A DNA stretch of 63,815 nucleotides, counting the filler, from Myxococcota bacterium (lineage in GTDB: Bacteria; Myxococcota_C; UBA6777): NCBI GenBank assembly GCA_023150835.1. It is 4 parts of 4 records of this genome, joined end to end, with 100 filler letters (N's around TTAATTAATTAA, not from the genome) between each part and the next. Parts side by side here need not be neighbours in the genome. Positions count along the whole stretch, not along the records: positions 22,699 to 41,889 come from JAKLKB010000161.1; positions 41,990 to 59,892 come from JAKLKB010000170.1; 2 more parts are not named here. One strand, given 5' to 3'. The position numbers were made by a program, and so were the translations under genes. Below, one piece after another: positions 39,375-48,212 of this stretch. Numbering within the stretch: the first letter of the stretch is position 1; every line of letters begins with the position of its first letter. A model generated the notes under the pieces. That model was not told the origin of the DNA. It saw only the letters and a program-made list of their open reading frames with translations, and did not search any database.

Positions 39375-41504
39375 CTAAAAGGGCGTGCCGTCGGCCTTGG
39401 TCCCGGGCGAATAGGCCCCCACAGCGCCCGTCATCGTGCTGTGTTGTGTGCAGGTTGCGGGGGTGAGATCAGGGGAGCGGTTCACCGATTGATCATTTGC
39501 ACCGTTGCAAGGGGCTGCGGCGGTGTAGGCAAAGGAATCGATCGTGATCCCTGTGGCGTTTTGGAGGTTCACCGTAGCCCCGCTGTTGGACAAGACGAGT
39601 GCGATGCTGGCGACGTAGACAAGGGCGTTTCCAAAGTTGGAATGTGGCATCCCTGTGTTGACTTGGGGGTCAGCCGCCATCCCGCCGCTAAAGATTACGA
39701 TGGCTTTGCCGCTCGCCATAGCGAGTCCTTTGGGGAAGGTGTGTTTGAGCGTTGTACCCACAAGCAGTTTGACGCCCGATAGATCGAGCGTTTTTCCGCT
39801 GACATTCACGATCTCCACAAACTCATCTTGTGTGGAACTGATCGTACCGTCTTTGTTGACATCGCTGGTGGTCGAAGGATCGGCCAAGACTTCGTTGATC
39901 AGGATATCGCCCGCAGCAGGGAGAGCACCGACGGGTTCGGGGGTCACTTCGGGTTGGGGTTCAGGCTGAGGTTCGTTTCCACCGTCTGCGGGCGGCTCAG
40001 CGATCGGCTCGGCGATCGGCTCGGGATCAGGATCGGAAAACAAGCGGCCATCGATCCGCGTCCCGGGTGAAAACAACGTACCGCTGGCGACCTCGGAATG
40101 TTTCGCACAGGCCCCCTTGGTTTCGGGGAAAAGCGTCACCGATTGATTGATATCATCGCCCACATTGCAGGAGGTCGATGCACCGTAAGCAAAAGAGGCG
40201 ATCGAAGTTCCTGTGCCATCCTTCAAAGCGATCACCGCACCACCGTTGGTCAAAGGAATCGATGCGGTAAAGACCATCGCTCCGCTGAATTTGGGGTGCG
40301 GCATCCCTGTATTGATCTGGTTATCGCCCACCATCCCGCCGCCAAAGATCACCACAACGCCACGTGGCTCGATCGCGATCCCCGCAGGGAAAGTAAACTT
40401 ATCACTACCACTCACGGTCAACACAATGCCCGATAAATCGAGCTTTTGTGCAGAGATGTTCACGATCTCCACAAATTCGTCTTGGGTCGCGCTGGTTGTG
40501 CCGTCTTTGTTGGCGTCTCCTGTTGTGCCTGTGGGAGGATCGAACAGGACTTCGTTGATCACAAGATCGCCCGCTGCTGGTTTCGGAAGCAGCGGTTGTT
40601 CCGAAGAAGGCTCGCCACCATCCGTCATCTCAGAGCTGGTCTCGACTGGAGGATCTTTAAACAACGTACCGTCTGCGCGGGTGCCCGGGGAAAACAACAA
40701 GCCCGACGAAGAAGCGCGGGTGTGACGAGTGCAAAGACCTGCGGGCGCTTCGGGAGAGCGGGTCAACGATTGGTTGACCGCAGTTCCACTCAAACAGTCG
40801 CCTTGACCGTACGCAAAGGTGTCTAGCTCCTGCCCGTTTGCATCAAACAGCCCCAACGTTCGGGGATCTGTCACCAACCCCGATGAGGCGCGATAGACCA
40901 ACGCACCGCTGAACTTTGAATGGCCTTTGCCTGTGCCGACTTCGTTATCGCCTGTCATTCCGCCACCAAAGATCACAAGGGCTGTCCGTGCAGGAAGCAC
41001 CGCCGACGGAAGTGTAAACAGAACAGCATCGTTGACCTTCAACACAACGCCCGTCACATCGAGCGATTTGTCTGTGTGGTTGACGATCTCAACGAAGTCA
41101 TCTTGGGTGGCATCGCGCTTTCCGTCTTTGTTGGCGTCGCCTGCGAGATCATCGGGCGGATCGAACAAGACTTCGTTGATGAACAGATCGCCTTTGACGG
41201 GTTTGTCGGCGGTCGGGGTCTCGGGCGTAGGTTCGGGTAGCACGCCCTCGGGCAAAGGCTCGGTCGGCGTCGTCTCGCTACCTGTTCCGTCTGTGTTGGG
41301 CTCGATCGGTGGGATATCGGGATTGTTGGTCTCGCTGCCATCGGGCTTTGTGTCCACAACACACTTGCCTTCAATACAAACTTGCCCACCCGCGCAATCC
41401 AACGCTGTACGACAGGTCGGGCCACACCCCACCCCATACAAAAGCCAACCCACCACCCCCAAGATCCCCACAACAGAAAACACACGCGACTGCAAACGAG
41501 ACAT
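39375..41504 (-). CDS. lipoprotein with three lamin-tail-like domains
   Basis: Lipobox GVGC, a Cys knot, and three repeats GD..INEVL.DP..D.NKDG....QD.FVEIVN..SPGT..DG. Confidence 0.88.
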   Translation of the reverse strand: MSRLQSRVFSVVGILGVVGWLLYGVGCGPTCRTALDCAGGQVCIEGKCVVDTKPDGSETNNPDIPPIEPNTDGTGSETTPTEPLPEGVLPEPTPETPTADKPVKGDLFINEVLFDPPDDLAGDANKDGKRDATQDDFVEIVNHTDKSLDVTGVVLKVNDAVLFTLPSAVLPARTALVIFGGGMTGDNEVGTGKGHSKFSGALVYRASSGLVTDPRTLGLFDANGQELDTFAYGQGDCLSGTAVNQSLTRSPEAPAGLCTRHTRASSSGLLFSPGTRADGTLFKDPPVETSSEMTDGGEPSSEQPLLPKPAAGDLVINEVLFDPPTGTTGDANKDGTTSATQDEFVEIVNISAQKLDLSGIVLTVSGSDKFTFPAGIAIEPRGVVVIFGGGMVGDNQINTGMPHPKFSGAMVFTASIPLTNGGAVIALKDGTGTSIASFAYGASTSCNVGDDINQSVTLFPETKGACAKHSEVASGTLFSPGTRIDGRLFSDPDPEPIAEPIAEPPADGGNEPQPEPQPEVTPEPVGALPAAGDILINEVLADPSTTSDVNKDGTISSTQDEFVEIVNVSGKTLDLSGVKLLVGTTLKHTFPKGLAMASGKAIVIFSGGMAADPQVNTGMPHSNFGNALVYVASIALVLSNSGATVNLQNATGITIDSFAYTAAAPCNGANDQSVNRSPDLTPATCTQHSTMTGAVGAYSPGTKADGTPF

Positions 41505-41706
41505 CCTTGCCGGTTTCTCAACACACAAGACGATTCCAAGATTCTTTCCTGTGAGGCCCTCACCGCCGCGCAAAGCTGAGAAACCGCCTCCTTCCTTGAT
41601 CTTTACGGAGCGACAAAAAGCCCCTAGATACGGGCTGTTGTTTCAGTCTCCAACCATACAGCGCACCGCATCTTCGGTCAAGGCGTATCCAATCAGATAG
41701 GAGTAA

Positions 41707-41889
41707 TACGAAATCCGCCCATCGCGTGATCAAACGATGTAGGGGCGCTGCCCCATACGCGCCTTGTGAAGCGGAGGAAAGCCCCCCACCCCGCCCTCCC
41801 CCGTGAACAGGGGAGGGAGCGAAAGTCGGAAGCCTCGGGGATTTTGTTTTTTCATGACGCACGCTGTATGCACGAAATGCAGACGCTGC
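41707..41889 (+). repeat. family A left end fused to family B, truncated at contig end
   Basis: TAA-tacgaaatccg..gtaggggc followed by the family B core. Confidence 0.85.
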
Positions 41890-41989
41890 NNNNNNNNNNN
41901 NNNNNNNNNNNNNNNNNNNNNNNNNNNNNNNNNTTAATTAATTAANNNNNNNNNNNNNNNNNNNNNNNNNNNNNNNNNNNNNNNNNNNN
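41890..41989. other. artificial contig linker
   Basis: N44-TTAATTAATTAA-N44. Confidence 0.98.
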
Positions 41990-42370
41990 CATTGAAGTCT
42001 TCGGCTTGTAGAGTGGGGCGAAACAAGGCATCGACGGCTTTGTTGCGAAAGAAGTCAACGGTAAGATACATGGGTTTGGACACAAAGCCTAAAGCGTTGA
42101 GAATCATTGCCTTTGTGGCCTCTCCGACCGTCACTTTGCGTAATGGATTCGGAAAAAAGGCATCGATCTGTTCGACAAGCTGTATTTGCTCACAAATACC
42201 TGCGACAAGTCCGAGGTGATCGAGGTTTTTTGTTTGCATATTCATGAGAGCGCTCCTTTGTTTCGGCCAAAACAAACCAAAGCGCAACTCTATCTCGCTC
42301 CTTGCTTTTTGCCAACCCAAACGCCGGCCTCTTATTCCTAATACTTCAAATGTTCAGTGCGGAAGGTGGG
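41990..42370 (-). mobile_element. IS1634-family element, left end and 5' transposase fragment (CDS 42245 to <41990)
   Basis: KNLDHLGLVAGIC..IDA..VTVGEATKAMILNALGF (DUF4277-like); terminal CCCACCTTCCGCA at about 42370; AAGGAG RBS. Confidence 0.88.
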
Positions 42371-44040
42371 GTATACAAATAGATAACCAACAAAAAGCAT
42401 CCCAGCCACAGCCAAGAGAAGTCTTTTGATTCGAACGAATTACAGCTACTGCATCCTGAAGGGATGGCTGTTTCGGGCGATTTTTCTTGCTGCTGCGTGT
42501 CTTGGGCAGGGGCTTCGAGGGCAGATTCGACAAGGGAATCTGCGGTCGGTTCGGCGTTTTCGGACGTAGTGGGTTCGGGATGGATGGTCTCGGCCTCGTC
42601 GGAGGTTGTAGGGCGTTCAGGAGTGGTGTCTCCGCTGCCTTCGATGGTTGCGGGTTCTTCGGGATGCGTGGTCTCGGAGGCGTCGGGTGTGTTGACCTCG
42701 GGATCGTCGGGCGTGGTTTCGGAGATCGTTTCGGTGGGAAGGGGGTTTTCGTTGGTGGGTTGTTCTTTGGGCGGAGTGCTAGAAGTGGGGGGGTGTACGC
42801 GGGAAGTATCGCAGGGAAGGTTGGGTTGGGTGGCTCCGGGGGAGGAGTGGTTGGTTCGTGGTTGGCCGCAAAAGTCGTCTGGGACGGATGTTGTAGGAGC
42901 TTGTGCGGTGGGCGGCAGTCCTGTGATATCGAAGTTGAGCGCGAGTGGATCGACAAACCAAGCCTTCCATTGGGCGTCTGTGACGCCTGTGTGGTTGTGC
43001 TGTTGTGTGAGCGTTGCGCTGTCTCGGGCGCGCAATCCTCCGCTCAAGACGTTGTAGCGGACATCGGCGTCGGATGAGGCAAAGCGGATGTCGATGCCCG
43101 TCGTTTGGAAGAAAAGGTTGTGGTAGATGCGCGTGTTTTTTCCTTTGTTGACGTAGAGTCCGACGTCTGCGGGGCAACGCACCACGATATTGTTGCGTAC
43201 GAGGGCGTTTTGGTGTTCGGGGGTGCATGTTCCGTCTTCGCAGATGCTGTCGGGGCTTGTGCCGCCACCGCCGATCGATAGGCCAAGCCGGATAAAGCCT
43301 GTGTGGTTGCGCTCGCATTGGATCAAGTTGCGCTCGATCAGCCCGTCGCGTGAGTTGCCTTTGAGAAAAGCAGCATAAGAGATGTTGTTGCCCTGTGCTT
43401 TGGCGAAGTCGTAGATAAAGTTGGCGCGGAGGATCCAGCGTCTTCCGCCAACAACATCGATCGGGGTGACGGGATTGCTGGTTTGGCGGGGAGTGGTGTT
43501 GTAGATCGTGTTGCCTTCGATCAGCACGTCGTCAGGGAATTTTCGGGGGGTGCCATCGCCGTTGCTTTTGATATGGGCGTTGTAGTTCCAAAGGGTATTG
43601 TTGGCGATCACCACACCATCGGCGTCCCCCGCGAGGTGGAAGGCGTGTTCGCAAGCAGAGTGTTGCGCACAGATCCCTTCGATGCGTAGGCCCTCAAAGC
43701 GCCATCCTGCACCTGAGACTTTGAAGCCTTCGAGCGCATCAAAACGGATATGGGCGCCTGCTTTGGAGGCAGGGCGAACAGTAATCGGGTTTTGACGAGC
43801 GTTGGTGGTGCAGTTGAGGTTGGTGTTGACGGTGTATACGCCATCTTCGAGGACGATGGTATCGCCCGGGGCCGCTTGTTGGAGTGCAGTACGCAGTCCT
43901 GCAACATCGCTGACCCGCCGCTCGGCTGCAAGGGCATGGTGTGAGAAAACCAACCACACGAACAACAAACATCCACCGATGCGGTATCTCATCCGATTTT
44001 TCTCCAAAGGGGGTGACTTGTGGAAAAAGGCGTACTTCAT
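42346..44040 (-). CDS. secreted right-handed beta-helix protein (polysaccharide-lyase-like) with MYXO-CTERM-like tail
   Basis: Signal peptide, ALQQAAPGDTIVLEDGVY, beta-helix Asn repeats, E/P/T linker, GCSSC + TM. Confidence 0.85.
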   Translation of the reverse strand: MKYAFFHKSPPLEKNRMRYRIGGCLLFVWLVFSHHALAAERRVSDVAGLRTALQQAAPGDTIVLEDGVYTVNTNLNCTTNARQNPITVRPASKAGAHIRFDALEGFKVSGAGWRFEGLRIEGICAQHSACEHAFHLAGDADGVVIANNTLWNYNAHIKSNGDGTPRKFPDDVLIEGNTIYNTTPRQTSNPVTPIDVVGGRRWILRANFIYDFAKAQGNNISYAAFLKGNSRDGLIERNLIQCERNHTGFIRLGLSIGGGGTSPDSICEDGTCTPEHQNALVRNNIVVRCPADVGLYVNKGKNTRIYHNLFFQTTGIDIRFASSDADVRYNVLSGGLRARDSATLTQQHNHTGVTDAQWKAWFVDPLALNFDITGLPPTAQAPTTSVPDDFCGQPRTNHSSPGATQPNLPCDTSRVHPPTSSTPPKEQPTNENPLPTETISETTPDDPEVNTPDASETTHPEEPATIEGSGDTTPERPTTSDEAETIHPEPTTSENAEPTADSLVESALEAPAQDTQQQEKSPETAIPSGCSSCNSFESKDFSWLWLGCFLLVIYLYTPPSALNI

Positions 44041-44717
44041 GTTTTTTCGTTTGATGGCGGAGACTGCGGAGGTTGCGGGGCCTCGATCGAGGGGGGGAGT
44101 CCTGCAAAGATACGGCGCAAAAAGCTCTCCAGTTCTTTCGAGGAGAAAGGCTTACTAAGACAGGGGATCTCGGCAGCAGATCGAGCCGTGTGTTCGTCCA
44201 TGTAGCCGGACATAAAGGCCACAGGAAGGGAGGGCAGGTGTTGTTTGACCCACGAAAGCAAGAAGAGACCGCCCCCTTGGGGCATGACCATATCGGAAAG
44301 CAGCAGGGCGGGGGTGGTTTCGGGGGCGGGGTGTGTGAGGGTGTGTTGAAGGTGCGCGAGGGCTTGTTCGGTGTTGTTTGCGGAGAGAGTGCGAAAGCCC
44401 ATGCGCTTGAGGAAATGGAGCAGCAGCGCAAGCAGATCAGGATTGTCTTCTGCGACGAGGATGAGCCGATTCGCGCCGAACGAAGGGCGTTCTTCGGATG
44501 GCGGGTGGACTGTTGAAGCAGAAGGAGGCGTTTTGGAGGAATCGGAAGGCGCGGTGAGAAAGGCTTGTTGTTGTTGCATCGCGGCTTGTCGTTGCGTATC
44601 CAGCCACGAGGCAGGATAGGTGCGTTGTTGTGCGGCGTCCAAAAGGCACCTCGCTGCTGATCGAATCCGCTTGGCGGAAGGTTCGTGGAGCTTTCGGTAG
44701 TGCGCGGAATATAGCAC
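44037..44717 (-). CDS. response-regulator receiver-domain protein
   Basis: ILVAEDN, LLLSDMVMP, FMSGY, LSKPF. Start uncertain. Confidence 0.85.
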   Translation of the reverse strand: MLYSAHYRKLHEPSAKRIRSAARCLLDAAQQRTYPASWLDTQRQAAMQQQQAFLTAPSDSSKTPPSASTVHPPSEERPSFGANRLILVAEDNPDLLALLLHFLKRMGFRTLSANNTEQALAHLQHTLTHPAPETTPALLLSDMVMPQGGGLFLLSWVKQHLPSLPVAFMSGYMDEHTARSAAEIPCLSKPFSSKELESFLRRIFAGLPPSIEAPQPPQSPPSNEKT

Positions 44718-44781
44718 AGGCCAAGCAATCGGGGCGAGAGGGCATCTTGTGTTCAGGTCTCACGACATCGTTGTTTGTATC

Positions 44782-46362
44782 TCAGGGAGCGTGAGCGGAG
44801 AAGTCTGAGAATCGCGCAGCTTGGCGTTGGCGTTTTCGATAGAAGTCGCGCAGATCGAGCAGAAGCAGCAAACACAGAGGGAGAAACTCAACAAGCAGGA
44901 TCGCCGCAGGGAGCGCCCACTGACCGTCGATCTGTTTGAAGGAGCGGACGAGATGAGAGAGCGGGATCAACGCGAAGCATCCGAAAAGAAAGCGCGTCGG
45001 CCCGATCACCAACCAAGGCGCAAGCCAAAGCAGATACCAAGGATAAAGCGTGGGCGTGAAAAGCATATACACCGCCATCGGTAGAAACAGACGCCATCGC
45101 AGCGGGATGTGCAGAAAGGCCGATGAGATGGACGCCAGCAACACCACACTCGACAAGATCAAGCGGTTGGCTTCTTGGATCAGCCAGATATCGAGCAGCG
45201 TGTAAAAAGGGCCGTTAAAGTACCAATGACGGGAATAGACGCCCATCTGCTTGAGCAGGCTTCCCCATTCTTGGATGTAGGGAAGCATGATCAAAAGTCC
45301 CGTCAGTAGGGCGGTAGCGAGCATCCGCCAGCCTTGCCGCCAGCGCAGCCACACAAAAAGCACAGGCACCCAAAAGATCGGCAAAGGCTTGATCAAGATC
45401 GTCATTGCCAGCAGCACTCCCACCGCGATACCGCGTTTCGAGGCCGCAGCAAACAAGATCCCCAACAAAAAAGGCATGGCCAAGGCGTCAAGATGCGCAT
45501 CAAGGCTGATCTCCAAGATCGGCAACGGGCACCAAAGATAAAGCAACAAGCCCCCCGCTGCTTTGCCTCGGAGTTGCAACCAGTGCAGCATCAACAAGCA
45601 AGCCACCCCCTCACACAATCCGAGTAAGACCTTCCATCCAACAAAGCCTTGGGGTTGGAGAAGATAAGCGCCCGTAAAAACCGCTTGGGCGACGGGTGGA
45701 TAGACGGTCGGCATCTTGGGATGGTTGATAAAGGGGTGGATCAGGGTGTCGCGCAAGTGCATCAAATAAGGAGAGTTCGGAGGCTCCTCGTAGGGATTGA
45801 GTCCGTGCGCTTGGACTTTTCCATCCCACAAGTACCGATACGCATCGTCAGACATCGACGGATCATGCGGCCAAAGCAAGAGGCGAGACAGGATCGCAAG
45901 GCCCACCAACGCCCACCACATCCGACATTTGGGGAGTTGGCGCGCCCACGCCACAAACGGCAAGTACAGCGCAAACAACAACAAAGACCAACGAACGTGG
46001 TTTTCTGCGTTGGGCGGATCGAGCAGCGGAAGAAAGAAAAAGGCTCCATACATCGCGGTGCTTGCGATGGCCAACCACAATAAAACAACATATTTCCAGT
46101 TTGAAGATCCCCTATCCTCCGATGATCTTGATTGATGTAATATTGAAGAAATCGATAGTGCCGATGATTGGGATGATTCGGATGATTGGGATGATTCGGA
46201 TGATTCGGATGATTCGGATGATTCGGATGATTGGGATGATTCGGATGATTCGGATGATTCGGATGATTGGGATGATTCGGATGATTGGGATGATTCGGAT
46301 GATCGGGGATGTGTGATCTGTTCGGAGGGAGCAGGTGGTTCGGAAGAAATAGACGGGATCAT
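44782..46362 (-). CDS. GT87/DUF2029-like membrane glycosyltransferase
   Basis: SDDAYRYLWDG, NPY..PP, TVYPP, H.D, YPWY. ATGA overlap with the upstream gene. Confidence 0.85.
   Translation of the reverse strand: MIPSISSEPPAPSEQITHPRSSESSQSSESSQSSESSESSESSQSSESSESSESSESSQSSESSQSSALSISSILHQSRSSEDRGSSNWKYVVLLWLAIASTAMYGAFFFLPLLDPPNAENHVRWSLLLFALYLPFVAWARQLPKCRMWWALVGLAILSRLLLWPHDPSMSDDAYRYLWDGKVQAHGLNPYEEPPNSPYLMHLRDTLIHPFINHPKMPTVYPPVAQAVFTGAYLLQPQGFVGWKVLLGLCEGVACLLMLHWLQLRGKAAGGLLLYLWCPLPILEISLDAHLDALAMPFLLGILFAAASKRGIAVGVLLAMTILIKPLPIFWVPVLFVWLRWRQGWRMLATALLTGLLIMLPYIQEWGSLLKQMGVYSRHWYFNGPFYTLLDIWLIQEANRLILSSVVLLASISSAFLHIPLRWRLFLPMAVYMLFTPTLYPWYLLWLAPWLVIGPTRFLFGCFALIPLSHLVRSFKQIDGQWALPAAILLVEFLPLCLLLLLDLRDFYRKRQRQAARFSDFSAHAP
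46163..46303. repeat. 9-bp coding microsatellite (SSE/SSQ)
   Basis: gatgatt(c/g)g units. Confidence 0.95.
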
Positions 46363-47453
46363 AGGCAGTTTAGGCGCCCGGGAGATCCGCTCTCTTTGTC
46401 TTGCCAAGAGCCGTTGTCGCAGCGTTCGCGGGATCTTCCTGTGCTAGGCCAGTTTCCGCCGGAAGCGACGTTGGGATCAGCACGGGTGAGTTCTTTGGCT
46501 CCGTCGAGCAGTACAACGGTATCGCCTGAGGAAAGATTGCTTGAAAAGAGCGTTGTTCCGCCTTCTTTGACGGTGAAGACAGCAGCTGATGTGGGGATTT
46601 GATAGGGATTTCCGACCATATCGTAATCAGGTTCAACGATCACCGCGAAGCCTCTGGGTTTGATCAAAGGACAAGAGCCTGCCTTGATGGGGGCGAGTAG
46701 CCGGCCTCCGCTGCCAGCTTTTCCGACGGAAAGGCCGCACAGATCGAGATCTTCGGAGTTGGAGGCATTTTGGATCTCGACGTATTCGCCATTTGGAACG
46801 GAAGGGCTGGCCATGACTTCGATGATCTGGGGGTCACCTGATCGGGGCGGAGCGACGGTGGTGCGGAAGGTAAATACTTTGGTTTCGCCTGTGCGATAAG
46901 AAGCGATATCACCGCGCCAGATGTCGTTTTGGTCAGGGCAAGTGTTGAGTGGGCGAGAGCCTGTGTAGCGGGGATCGCCTTGAGCGATCGGGCGGAGTTC
47001 ATCGCGCAAGCCGCGCACCATCACCAGATCATACAGTTCTTCGCCAGCGAGGGGGTTGTTGGGAGTTACTGTCACGACGGTGCGTTTTTTACCGCCTTCT
47101 TCGATGGTTTCGGCTTTCACAGTGAGGTCTGTGAGAAAAGGGATGCGCGAGTCGGCAACGGGCGGGGCTTCCATATCACGGATAAAGTTGTAGTCGGCTT
47201 GGCCCCGCACAAGGAAAAAGAATTCTTTTGTCAGAGTGGTGGGCTGCATGACTTTGGAGAAGGTGATGCGAAAGTTTTGCTTGATATCGACGACGGGCTT
47301 GGTCGCAGGGTCAGGATCGACCGCGAGGACGCAAGGCGGGTTTTCGAGTCCGACCGTCTCAGGCGGAGCGCAGGAGATCGAGAGCAACAGCCCCAACAGA
47401 CCGAGGGTTGCGCTGCTCAAAAGTCTCCGTATGCTCGTCCTTGTGTGGATCAT
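46359..47453 (-). CDS. lipoprotein with Ig-like and lamin-tail-like domains
   Basis: AGGAGG RBS, lipobox SISC, ITFSKVMQP (Ig-like), IIEVMASP..GEYVEIQN..GSPG. Confidence 0.8.
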   Translation of the reverse strand: MIHTRTSIRRLLSSATLGLLGLLLSISCAPPETVGLENPPCVLAVDPDPATKPVVDIKQNFRITFSKVMQPTTLTKEFFFLVRGQADYNFIRDMEAPPVADSRIPFLTDLTVKAETIEEGGKKRTVVTVTPNNPLAGEELYDLVMVRGLRDELRPIAQGDPRYTGSRPLNTCPDQNDIWRGDIASYRTGETKVFTFRTTVAPPRSGDPQIIEVMASPSVPNGEYVEIQNASNSEDLDLCGLSVGKAGSGGRLLAPIKAGSCPLIKPRGFAVIVEPDYDMVGNPYQIPTSAAVFTVKEGGTTLFSSNLSSGDTVVLLDGAKELTRADPNVASGGNWPSTGRSRERCDNGSWQDKESGSPGRLNCL

Positions 47454-47469
47454 TTGTGCCTCCTGTGGC

Positions 47470-48129
47470 TCATTTATACGGATCTTGGCCAGCTTCACGC
47501 AACATTTTGGAGAAGGCTCCGCCCGTAAGCGCGTCCAGATCGGCGCTCAATTCTTGGAGGCGTAGGCGTTGACGCAAATAAGCGAGTAGATTGGAGGGGC
47601 GATTGACAAGCAGGTCGATTTGAAGGCGTCGGCGTTCAAAGTAGAGCTTGGTGATCTCTTTGAGGACGTCGGTGCGCAGTTCGACCAATCGGCGAAGTTC
47701 GCGGTAGACGGTGATCTCGTTGCGGTTAAAGATCAGGTCATCAAGACGCCATGTTGCGCGAAATTCGAGGCGGTGGTCAAGGTCGGTGGATTGGGTGGTG
47801 AGGATGGGGGAGTTGAGCGTGGGGAAGGAGGTGGCGCGGTCATCATCCGTGTTGTAGTTGTAGCGGACACGGAATTCGGGCAACCATCCCGAGTGACGGG
47901 CGCGGCTGACGAGTCCACCGATGCGATCTTGGTTGACGAGAGCGTACTGAAGGCCCGCTTTGTGGAGTTGGCGGACGGTAGGTTCTTTGCTGAACTTGCG
48001 CAAAAGAGCGGTGGCTTTGCGCTCCATCTCAGGATCGACTTGGGCGCGGATAGGCAAAGAAGGGAGTCCACAAAGCAGGGCCAACAGGGCGGATAGGCCG
48101 AGCCAAGCCAAGCGTCGTTTGTGTTGCAT
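47470..48129 (-). CDS. secreted protein resembling a single TolC/OEP repeat
   Basis: Signal peptide; WLPEFRVRY, ATWRLDDLIF, ITKLYFERRRLQ, LDALTGG. Confidence 0.7.
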   Translation of the reverse strand: MQHKRRLAWLGLSALLALLCGLPSLPIRAQVDPEMERKATALLRKFSKEPTVRQLHKAGLQYALVNQDRIGGLVSRARHSGWLPEFRVRYNYNTDDDRATSFPTLNSPILTTQSTDLDHRLEFRATWRLDDLIFNRNEITVYRELRRLVELRTDVLKEITKLYFERRRLQIDLLVNRPSNLLAYLRQRLRLQELSADLDALTGGAFSKMLREAGQDPYK

Positions 48130-48212
48130 GAAAACACCTCTGGGTTGCGTGTCGATGAAAAGGGTGTGTCTCTCGATCCTATTGGGAGACTTCGATGTTT
48201 CTGGGACTTGGG

